64,000 nucleotides of DNA from Octopus vulgaris. Lineage: Eukaryota. Location: assembly GCA_951406725.2 (NCBI GenBank), contig OX597815.1:90024001-90088000 (forward strand). The letters are read 5' to 3'. This document shows, one piece after another, positions 52,750-64,000 of this stretch. The position numbers and the translations under genes are program-made. The first letter of the stretch is position 1; each line of letters begins with the position of its first letter. Under the pieces are notes generated by a model. It was given only the letters and a program-made list of their open reading frames with translations, was not told where the DNA came from and ran no database searches.

Positions 52750-53700
52750 GGAGATCTTATGGTGAATGTGCAAAGTGATAGTCTATTAATTTTGAGAATT
52801 TTCTAGCTGTTAGTGGCTACATTCATACTATAATTTGGGTTAAACCATAAAATTTTTCCGCGTGTTCTTGGACTATCCGTTTATGCTATTCTGTCTAATG
52901 CAGCATTATAGTATGGGGAGGCCTTTTCAAAAGTGTCTTTATCAGCTAATAGATTGGAGAGGCATCTGCTAAAGTTATTAAGTAATTGTTTAATGACTGC
53001 TGGTGGATGGTTGGAGACAATGTTACACCCATCTGAGTAACGAAGACCTATAACGGAATGACGGGCAACTCGTTCAAGGAAAGAGATATGCAACACTTGG
53101 CGTCATTCAAGGCAAAAATAAGACATGGAACCTACTTCTGCAACATGTTATGGACATTGAAAGAACGTGGGGTAAGAAACCCCCAAACGCGGAGCATCAT
53201 TGTTAAAGCCATAAAAAAGAATGGTGTACCAAATGTGAACTCTGTAACACTGAAAAGCTAAATATCATAGGGTGAACAAGTAACATCTTAAATATTTGGG
53301 ATGAAACCGTCTCTCCTTGCATACAGAATATACAAGCTTTCTCTTATCAAATACAGTCTACAAATTCTTTCTGTATATATGCTTTTATACAATCATGATT
53401 TTTGATGAACTTATAAATAATTATAAATTTATTTTACTACCTATTTTGAACAATTTTATGTAAACTGTTTAAGCAAAAAGCCCCCCTGAACATTTTCTTA
53501 TTATCAAAGATTTTATTTCTTAATATGTTCTTATCATTGTCGAAGACTGTATCACTGTATAACAAAGACTACAAAAAGCCTTACATTTTACTTTCGAAAA
53601 TCTTTCTTTATAAAAGTGAAACCGGTCAAGTCAATAAAATCTTTAAAAGTCCTCTGCATTTTCAAATCCTCTTTTCTATATATTTTCGCTCGTGCGGTAC
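52750..53700. mobile_element. Decayed Naiad-type PLE with internal inversion
   Basis: Minus ~52880..53020: SNHPPAVIKQL.NNFSRCLSNL...FEKASPYYNAAL (thumb). Plus from ~53043: KTYNGMTGNSFKER..QH..SFK...LWTLKE (GIY-YIG). HHR half GAAACCGGTC at 53618..53627. Confidence 0.7.
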
Positions 53701-53740
53701 CTTGCAAGTCTACTTTGTTATACATATATACTCTCTCTCT

Positions 53741-54070
53741 CTTTTACTCTTTTACTTGATTAACTCATTTGACTGCGGCCATGCTGGAGCACTGCCTTTA
53801 ATCGAGCAACTCGACCCCGGGACTTATTCTTTGTAAGCCCAGTACTTATTCTATCGGTCTCTTTTGCCGAACCGCTATGTGACGGGGATATAAACACACC
53901 AGCATCGGTTGTCAAGCAATGCTAGGGGGACAAACACAAACATACACGCACACATATATATATACATATATATATAAATATATACGACGGGCTTCTTCCA
54001 GTTTCCGTCTACCAAATCCACTCACAAGGCTTTGGTCGGCCCGAGGCTATAGTAGAAGACACTTGCCCAA
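53741..54070 (-). mobile_element. SINE family A, 5'-truncated with a fold-back junction
   Basis: Body and tail match the other copies; head replaced by palindrome 54048..54085 and (TA)n. A more decayed copy lies at ~54495..54690. Confidence 0.88.
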
Positions 54071-54078
54071 GTGTCTTC

Positions 54079-54138
<60 letters not shown>

Positions 54139-55093
54139 CTGTATATTTATATGTGAATATCTGTATTTGTTACAATGTGTGTATAGAAATTCAGTTGCCG
54201 GTTTAATTTGCATAATACACGTAGTTCTTGGCTGACCGAATTTGTACGTGTGTGACTAGAATGAACGTACATTTAGACTAGTAACATAATGTGGATTCCT
54301 CACTATCTAAACATCAATGACTCACTAATAACTGACACCCGTTCGTTTACCTATTACTCACTTCCGCAATGTCTCACTTGTTGTCAATGCGTCTTTAGGC
54401 TGATATAGTCCTCCCTTCTTTTCCTTCGTTTACTTTCTCCATCTCTCATCTGTTTTCATTCACTCACCCAAGTAAATATCCATTTGCTGTATCTCTTACT
54501 TGTTCCATTCATTAGACTACTTCGAAGTTGAGCTATCATTTGTTGAAGAATTTTAGGTGAATGAATTGACCCCAGTATTCTCTTTTAGAGCTTAATGCAT
54601 AATCTATCGGTTGCTGCAGACGAACCGCTAGGTTACAGAGTAGTAATCATACTAACACCAGTTTCAAGCGATGGGCAGGGTACAAGAACAGACATAATGG
54701 CACACATGTATGAAAATACATAAAGACAATGATGCAAAAGACACTACATTGTTATGTAGTAAGTGCTAGCGTAGTATATACACTCTCTGATCACATTTTG
54801 ATTGATAGAGCCAATATGACACATTGTACTTGTTACCGAGATATTCAAAATGTTGAATTCTTACATGTATTAACCTAATGAAAAACATTTTTTTTCCTTT
54901 TCCGTGATGTATCACTCAATTAACTCATCAATTAAAAGCACTTCTGAAGCAGCTATGAACCACAATCCATCTTTTTTCATTTATATATGTGTGTGTGTGG
55001 GGGGCGGGGTAAGAGAGAGAGCATGTATGTGCGTATGTATGAATGTATATATATATGTACGTATGTATGTATGTATGTATGTATGTATGTATG

Positions 55094-55124
<31 letters not shown>

Positions 55125-55256
55125 TGTCGTGTACATTTTTAGTTTCCGTTTTGTCTTGAAGAGTTCGGCTAAACGATCGGACGCGCTAATAAAAAAATTA
55201 TCCAAAATTCTGACTCACTCTGTTTTCTTAATGTGTGTGTATGCGTATGTGTATGT

Positions 55257-55303
<47 letters not shown>

Positions 55304-56934
55304 TGTGTCTGTGTGTGTGTGTGCGTGTGTGTGTCTGTGTGTACAAAATTGTTCAGGGGCTAGCACCAAAAAATGTTACCAATTCGAAGGAAACGAGTAT
55401 AGGAAGAACTGCAAATTTCTGGATCACAAACGCACCTAATAGTGATGAAAGCGTCTCATAGATAGATCCACTATGACAGAGTCAAGGAACGTAAAGGATT
55501 GCCTTGAACGAATTGCATGGGAAACGACGTGTGTAAACACAAAGAGAGAAAAAGGTATAAATCGAGAACAATTGTTAGCCCATCACATTCTCTCTCTCTC
55601 CCTCTGTCACTCTCCTCCTCTCTCTCTCTCTCTCTCTCTCGTGCTATATAGAATTATTATTTCGACTTATACGGTCACTGTAAATAGGTTGTCTCTTGAA
55701 AATGAGATACATCTCTTGATTTTACTAGTGATATTCACGTTATTTTATTCTTTCTGGTCATTTTCTTGTTGGTGTGTTTATAACTTGTTTTGTTCAAATT
55801 TTGTCTGACATAATGAATAGTTTTATATTTTTCGCTTGATTTTCCAATACTTTTATCTTTTCTAAATTCCATTGCATGATTTTGTTTTTGTACTTCTCGT
55901 CGCAACTGTAAGTGGTGGTTTAGCTACTTGGCTGACGTTTCGCTTTCACCATCGTCGTCCGTGTTGATGCTGTGCTTAATATTATGCTGTTATCGTTTCT
56001 GAATTTATTGTAGTGGTTTCTTTTGTTTACAGCTTAACTATTTCCGCCTCACTTCTGTATCTATACATTGTTGGAATATATACAGTTGTTACTATCTTTC
56101 TCGAAAAATCTTCAGAAACAATGTCTTTCTCGCTTTGGTAGGCCACGGCTGCCATCACTTCTTCCTTTTCAAATTTCAATCTTTATGATGCTTTTATAAG
56201 ATATTTATCTGTTGATTGTAGGAATTCAGAAAATATACAGAGTCTACTTCCACCATTGTTAGAGCTACTGCTGTTTTCAAGCACTATTTTCCTGAATTAC
56301 CGTAAATAATTAAGGGAATGAAAATTTCAAATTCCGTCAGAGTGGTGGAATTTCAAACAAAATATAAACGACATGTTGATGACGATGATAATGATGATTA
56401 ATCTACAAGTCGTATTCAAACATATTCCGTGATTAGTCTGTTATTCTATTCACCTCAAGAATTGGAAGCGTACTTAAACACAGCAATAATTTTGTCAACT
56501 TTCGTGCGGGATGAGTCAAGTGCAGACGTATGATATACCGACTGAGCTTCTATCGAAGTCCTACTATTCAATTTAAAAACAGCACATATACTGATGCATG
56601 CCGTCCTTCGCTTCGTGAGATATATCTCAAGATTTCAGCGAGGGATGCTTCCAGTTTTTCTTCTCATAGCTCAAGTAAATATTTTATGAGTACGATGATC
56701 ACAGATAACAATATTTCTTTCACTATAAGAGTGTGATTTTTGTAGAAATGTTCTTGTTTCGTCACGTAATCCTGTCATGATATCTATCTTACGTCAAAAT
56801 ATTGCATTTGCAAAAATCAAGACTAAAATTCACACAAATTTCATCATTCTTTATATATTACAAAGTGCAATGTAAAAATATTCAAGAGCTTTGATGACAA
56901 GTCTGAAGCTTAATACCAGCGAAATATTTGCATA

Positions 56935-57763
56935 CCGTAAATCCTCGAGTATAATCCGCATTTTTTCCCCTAAAATTTAAAGGTCGAAATCCCTAGTGCG
57001 TACTATATACGTGGTTAAAAATGAAAAATATTTTCTAAGCAATGTCCGAGTCTCTACTTGCTGTCCGGCAATGTTTTTTCCAACACATTTTGTCATGTCG
57101 GGCGCGAAAATACTTTAAGCTAAGCCTGAAAGCAATAAAGTCATATAAGGATTATCCATAACTTGCAGTAACCAAATTTATTAAAATAAAAATATTCGGA
57201 AGACAGAATAACATGTAACAACAACAATTTGCAACCATATTTTCATTCCCATATAACAGTCAAGAACAACACCAATATTGTATTACGGATGCGCGGAAAT
57301 GTTTGTTCGACTGGGTGCTGCTGGATTAAATACGCACGAATTGTGTTTAATAGTTTAGCGCTAAATAATTCATCCTGCTGTTTGTATTGGCAGCTTGCAT
57401 CATTACCGTGGCAAACAATAGATAATTAAATACCAGTATTAAATGATTGAACTACTGTGAGTCTTTACTAGGATTTTTTATAAGCGGGATTTAAACCTGT
57501 ACATTAATCTCCAATAAAACATTTTTATACATAAAGTGCCTCGTAGATCTCATTCAAATATCTTTAAACTTGAAGTTATATCATATGATGAAGGACGTTA
57601 CCGTATACATTTTCACAAACCAAGGACGTTATATAGACGTCCTTGACTCAAGTTAGAGAAGGGGTGCGTATTATACACAAGATTTAGGTTTTTCAGAGGT
57701 ACAGCCCCCTAAAAATCCCCTGCGTATTATACTCAAGGGCAGACTATACTCGAGGATTTACGG
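56935..57763. mobile_element. Tc2/pogo-type non-autonomous DNA transposon (MITE)
   Basis: Perfect 19-bp TIR CCGTAAATCCTCGAGTATA / TATACTCGAGGATTTACGG; TA on the left, TG on the right; subterminal TGCGTAYTAT repeats near 56997, 57665 and 57721. Confidence 0.85.
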
Positions 57764-58429
57764 TGCTTTGCTCTTGTGTAACTTAGCAATTGTACTCAGA
57801 CACAATGCTGTGTTTTTGATTCATTTCTGAATATAATAGCTTCTGTCAGGGCTTAGCATAATTTGAAAATTTTCATGGCTATCAGCATTAAACATATATA
57901 AAAATCTGTTTTGTCACCTGAAAGCTATAGAACAGAATTTCTTTTGAATCACTATAAAGTAGTTACATAAGTAATTATTTCGGAGAAACAAGAATAAAGA
58001 TGGGCGCGACAATTTCTGCTCAGCTCAGCTGAAAGTGACACGTATATTGAGAAAGAAAAAAATATATATATACGAAAAAGAATTTTGATTGCAAATGCTT
58101 TATCCACTATAATCAATATATGTAATGTAGGAGACATGTATGGCTGACAATACAGCCAGCGCTGCCAGGATATAATAGGCTAGTTCCTCTGAACATGTAT
58201 GTATCAAACCGAATCATTAAACTATAATTGTTTCGTCTCTAACCAACAGACTGTCAATAACGTGATTACACAAAAGTTGGCAATGAACTACATATTCATA
58301 CAAACAGTGAACTGTGCTACGCGCATTCGGCCAGGTTTCACAAAACACATACTAAGGTCTGCTTCACAAGAAACTTTTGGCAAGAATGAAGAACTTTACA
58401 GACAGCTAGGCACCAGTGAATTATATAAA

Positions 58430-58493
<64 letters not shown>

Positions 58494-58578
58494 CTGCTGC
58501 TACTACTCTACTGCTGCTACTACTACTACTGCAACTACTACTGCTGCTACTACTACTACTACTGCTACTACTACTGCG

Positions 58579-58618
<40 letters not shown>

Positions 58619-58755
58619 TTACTACTACTACTACTGCGGCTGCTGCTGCGGCTGCTGCTGCTGCTGCTGCTGCTGCGGCTGCTGCTGCTGCTGCGGCTGC
58701 TGCTGCGACTACTACTGCTAATAATAATGATGCTGATGCTGATAATATTGGCGAT

Positions 58756-58795
<40 letters not shown>
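58430..58795. repeat. Compound (AGT)n(ACT)n(GCT)n(AAT)n microsatellite
   Basis: Direct reading. Confidence 0.95.
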
Positions 58796-58798
<3 letters not shown>

Positions 58799-58861
58799 TC
58801 CTAATTGGTCAAAAGAGCCAACAATAAAACGCGTAAATAGACGTGTAAAATGTGTATATGC

Positions 58862-58919
<58 letters not shown>

Positions 58920-59659
58920 ATATATATGTATGTATATATATGTATATATGTGTGTGTGTTTGTGTGTGTGTGTATGTATGTATATGTATATGTCAACATC
59001 TTAAAATGATCTGAGGCTTAACCGCTATTACCACATTTGTGACCTGCTGTTCTCGTCTGCCGCAACTCCATAAATCTCTATGTTTCTCATACACGGGGGG
59101 GGGGGGCAGAAAGAGAGTAGGAGAGACGAAAGAGAGAGAATCGCTTCTAAGTTTTCTTTCCTGCTTCTAATAACTCGGTAATTATGAAACCGAACAATTG
59201 AAATAACTACGGAGATTTACATGGTAACACATGTTAATTGATGTTGAAGTGTTTCTTTGAGATACAGTAAAAACAATCAACATTTTCATAATAAAGATCG
59301 TGGTGAAACTAATTGTGTGTGTGAGCGTGCGTGTGTGTGCGTGTGTGTGTGTGTGTGTGTATGAGGTGTGTTGTTTTGCAGGCATTTCTTCGTCACAAAC
59401 AACACTGAAAAGAAACACAGCAATGAGAACTATAAAAACAATAACTACAAAACAACGATTTCAAATTTTGACACAGCTGCAGCAAGTTTACCAGGTGATG
59501 GGGGGTGGATTTTAGTCAATTATAACTCCCCCAGCACTTAAACAGCATTTATTCTATAGAAATCGAAAGGATGGATACTGATGTTGCGCACGTCGGATTT
59601 GAGATTAGATTCTAAAAAGATGGCAAAAAATTGCGACAGAACATTGTCCGGCGCGCTAC

Positions 59660-59990
<331 letters not shown>

Positions 59991-60470
59991 ATCCCAATCG
60001 ACATAAATGTATCAGTCAAGACCTACCAAAAACTGAACCACTGTAAAGCTCTTGAAATAGAAATTGGCAACATGTGGAACCTGAAGACTAAAACAATACC
60101 TGTTGTCATAGGTGTCCTAGGTATTATAGCAAAAAGGACAGATTCCTACCTAGTTCAGGTATCAGGAAACCCCCAAAAATCAGAAATTCAAAAGGTAGTG
60201 ATCATGGGAACCGCCCATATCCTGCGTATATCATCAATCTAATCTCAAATTTTGAAAGAAACTCATAGTTTTCATATGTTTTCTCAAACATTCTCTTGAA
60301 CAATACTACGTGCAAAACCAAATATATGACACCCTAGGTATAACACCAACGTGAACTTCTAACTTGTTTTCTCTTGATGTCTCTAGGTGAGACTTGGAGC
60401 CAACTTGTCCAAAAACAAAGCAAAAGTCAAACATATTCAAACAAATTTTAAAATTCCACGATGTGAACAT
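59991..60470 (+). mobile_element. R4/Dong-like element 3' end (endonuclease C-terminus and 3' UTR)
   Basis: LEIEIGNMWNLKTKTIPVVIGVLGII and EIQKVVIMGTAHILR. Confidence 0.8.
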
Positions 60471-60528
60471 CATTAGACACACACACACACACACACACAT
60501 ACACAGACACACACACACAAACACACAT

Positions 60529-60594
<66 letters not shown>

Positions 60595-60676
60595 AAGGGT
60601 GAAAAGGAACACACGAGTTGATATATATGAAAAAACAAGTAAAAAATAGAAAATGCTAAAATAATTTTATAGTGAA

Positions 60677-60724
60677 CATTTCAGTACCGGTTTCGGTCAT
60701 TTTGAGACCTTTTCAACTGTAACG
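60677..60724 (-). ncRNA. Minimal type I hammerhead ribozyme with U3-A8 core
   Basis: CGUUACAG-UUGAAAA-GGUC-UCAAAAU-GACC-GAAA-CCGG-UA-CUGAAAUG: stems I and II pair, palindromic ACCGGU stem III, located at the PLE 3' end. Confidence 0.75.
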
Positions 60725-61438
60725 ATTAAATAATTAACTTTAGAAAAATTAGAAGAAAAGTTTTTTTAAAGGAATATTTCTATAGTAGTGTTCAGATATA
60801 AGTGGCATTCTGCCTTTCTCTGACTCCCTTGTTTGCACTTGTGTGTTGGAGGTCGTTGTGAGTTCTTGGTAGGGTAGTAGAGGAAGAAGGCTGATGAGGA
60901 AAGGGGGTGGGAGAATCTGGGAGTGCCCTGATGGTCGTATTTTGAATGGTTAGTGGCGGCTGGCAGTCGCAGTTCAATTCAGGAGAATATTTCTATTGAA
61001 AGGCTTGTTTATAGAATTTGCGTAGGTGTTATACTAAAAAACATTAGTGACAAAGTTAAGGGGTAGAAGGTGGAGAAGTAGAAGAAGAAAAAGAAGAAGA
61101 AGAAGAAGAAGAAGAAGAAGAAGAAGAAGAAGAAGGAGAAGAAGATGACGATGTTGATGATGATGATGAAGAAGAAGAAGAAGAAGAAGAAGAAGAAGAA
61201 GAAGGAGAAGGAGAAGATGACGATGATGGTGATGGTGGTGATGATTATGACGACGATGATGATGATAATGATGATGATGAAGAAGAAGAGGAAGAAGAAG
61301 AAAAAAACAGAGAAGGGAGAATATGAATGGGTTAAAGTAGTGAGGTGTTGTATGACTTGAAGTTGGCATGTTATGGATTATAGCTGTGATTTTAGCTGTG
61401 ATTAGTAATGGATTCTTACGATACAGACTGATCTAGCG

Positions 61439-62585
61439 ATCAGTCTGTATCGTAAGTATCTAGAAAGATATGGCAGCCCTTTCTCCATCTACATAGAAAA
61501 CAACTGGAAGAGATATCTAGATGACTGTTTCATCCTTTGGCATAAAAATATAGAAAAACTCATAGAATTCCAGGAAATTTTAAACGGACTGGACGTAAAC
61601 ATCCAATTCACGATGGAATATAGCCAGCAACAACTCCCCTTCCTCGATATCCTCATTAAGAAAGTTAATAATATAATAGAAACAGACATATATTATAAGC
61701 CTACAGACTCTAAGCAATATCTTCCATTCAATTCATGCCACCCCAGACACACCAGGATGAATATCCCCTTCAACCTAGCAAAAAGGATATGCACTATAGT
61801 CTCGAACGCAAACACCAGAGACACACGACTACAAGAACTAAAAGATACCCTTATCACCAGGAACTATCCACCTTCACTTATTGACAAGTGCATTCAACGT
61901 GCCCTGCAACTTAACATCAAGGAACTGAGACATCCCAAATCAAAGAAAAACTTACAACCAAAAGCCTTACACCATACATCTCCACACACAACCCTCTCAA
62001 TAACGAAGCCTTCGGTACCATCCTCCACAACATACCCCTCCTAAAAAAATACCACAGAATGAACACAATCCTCCAAACACACACGATCATAAAAAGCAAG
62101 AGACAGCCTAAATCCATGAAAAGTCTCCTGACACAAGCCCGAATTCACTCTTCAACACAGAAGCCGACAGTAAAAAAATGTGGAAGACCCAATTGCGGGA
62201 TATGTGACTATCTAATTGAGGGATCAGAGTTCTCCTTCAAACAGGGACAACGGTTTACAGTGAAAAGCAACTTCACATGTGCTTCGGAGAACCTAATATA
62301 CTCACTAACCTGCTCCGGGTGTCAAGAGCAGTACATAGGCCAAACAAAAAACAGTTTGCGTAAACGAATGGCCCTGCACAGATCCCAGATAAAAATTCCC
62401 CAAAACAGAAAAATAGTTTTTAGCCAACACATAGATACTTGCGCCAACAAAAAACACCAAGCTTCAGGATTTTCCCCCTCTACCAATTTAGGGACGATAC
62501 AACCTCGAGACAACGAATAAGTAAAGAAACTCTCTTTATTACAAAATACAGGCCACTTCATAACGGGTCTACGACAAACAATTAA
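61439..62585 (+). pseudogene. PLE RT C-terminal half, Cys-rich linker and GIY-YIG endonuclease
   Basis: WKRYLDDCFILW, LPFLDI, TDIYYKPTDSKQYL.FNSCHP, KKCGRPNCGIC, FTCASENLIY.LTC..C..QYIGQT...RKRMALH. A 2-nt insertion near 61970 and a 1-nt loss near 62452 break the frame; corrected stop ends at 62585. Confidence 0.9.
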
Positions 62586-64000
62586 TATACCTCAACTTTA
62601 GAATAAAAGAAATATTCACACACAAATATTACATTCCAAAGAATCCATTACTAATCACAGCTAAAATCACAGCTATAATCCATAACATGCCAACTTCAAG
62701 TCATACAACACCTCACTACTTTAACCCATTCATATTCTCCCTTCTCTGTTTTTTTCTTCTTCTTCCTCTTCTTCTTCTTCATCATCATCATTATCATCAT
62801 CATCGTCGTCATAATCATCACCACCATCACCATCATCGTCATCTTCTCCTTCTCCTTCTTCTTCTTCTTCTTCTTCTTCTTCTTCATCATCATCATCATC
62901 AACATCGTCATGTTCTTCTTCTTCTTCTTCTTCTTCTTCTTCTTCTACTTCTCCACCTTCTACCCCTTAACTTTGTCACTAATGTTTTTTAGTATAACAC
63001 CTACGCAAATTCTATAAACAAGCCTTTCAATAGAAATATTCTCCTGAATTGAACTGCGACTGCCAGCCGCCACTGACCATTCAAAATACGACCATCAGGG
63101 CACTCCCAGATTCTCCCACCCCTTTCCTCATCAGCCTTCTTCCTCTACTACCCTACCAAGAACTCACAACGACCTCCAACACACAAGTGCAAACAAGGGA
63201 GTCAGAGAAAGGCAGAATGCCACTTATATCTGAACACTACTATAGAAATATTCCTTTAAAAAAAACTTTTCTTCTAATTTTTCTAAAGTTAATTATTTAA
63301 TCGTTAAATAATTAACTTTAGAAAAATTAGAAGAAAAGTTTTTTTTAAGGAATATTTCTATAGTAGTGTTCAGATATAAGTGGCATTCTGCCTTTCTCTG
63401 ACTCCCTTGTTTGCACTTGTGTGTTGGAGGTCGTTGTGAGTTCTTGGTAGGGTAGTAGAGGAAGAAGGCTGATGAGGAAAGGGGGTGGGAGAATCTGGGA
63501 GTGCCCTGATGGTCGTATTTTGAATGGTCAGTGGCGGCTGGCAGTCGCAGTTCAATTCAGGAGAATATTTCTATTGAAAGGCTTGTTTATAGAATTTGCG
63601 TAGGTGTTATACTAAAAAACATTAGTGACAAAGTTAAGGGGTAGAAGGTGGAGAAGTAGAAGAAGAAGAAGAAGAAGAAGAAGAAGAAGAAGAAGAAGAA
63701 GAAGAAGAAGAAGAAGAAGAAGAAGAATATATAATTATTTTATATATTAGTAATTAAAATGGAATAAGGTGAATTGGTTCTTTTCAAAGCCAAGGACAGC
63801 ACTCTCATTGATCGCTAGTAGTAGTAAACACATTTAACCTCCGCTGACCCCAAGGGTGTGAGGCCTCTTTTGTCACTTTATCGAACAGGAAGGAGTGTCC
63901 ATTGCCTATCTCTTCACCATCTACCGAATCTATTTACAGACCTGTGGACTTTAATCAATTCACCAAGCTGCTTCTCTTGCTCCTACTATTCCTTTAAACC

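Larger units (their letters stand above)
60629..63726 (+). mobile_element. Penelope-like retroelement, Neptune-type, 5'-truncated, with inverted 3'-UTR copies on both sides
   Basis: 60629..61417 (-) copy of the 3' UTR including the HHR; coding plus UTR 61430..63306 (+); 63304..63726 (-) second inverted copy. ORFs 60792..60977 and 63370..63555 are identical and 63049..63300 shares their start. Confidence 0.9.

Noticed and set aside
59362-59460. Possible splice acceptor TTGTTTTGCAG and short exon
   Set aside because: No donor site or recognisable peptide; runs into a SINE B remnant.

Overview
AT-rich animal DNA with very dense microsatellites. I found no host-gene exon, rRNA, tRNA gene or CRISPR array that I can support. 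The SINE families and repeat landscape match what I recall for octopus genomes (inference); the window reads as intergenic or intronic. Content is almost all transposable elements: two SINE families (one tRNA-derived), RTE, CR1-like, L1/Tx1 and R4/Dong-like LINE fragments, mariner, Tc1 and Chapaev3-like DNA transposons, and piggyBac-type and Tc2/pogo-type MITEs. There are three Penelope-like retroelements (PLEs): a young Naiad-type YRDD element at 29.6-32.8 kb, a decayed one at 52.8-53.7 kb, and a young Neptune-type element at 60.6-63.7 kb. All three carry inversions. The most interesting signal is a set of PLE-linked hammerhead ribozymes (HHRs) read directly from the sequence. One has a branched stem II and a duplicated GUC site that could allow two cleavage topologies around one core. 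One has a U3-A8 covariant core. One has a zero-loop stem III. Several more are decayed or half motifs. Fold-back junctions recur at retroelement truncation points. Most six-frame ORFs are microsatellite translations. Boundaries of decayed elements are approximate.
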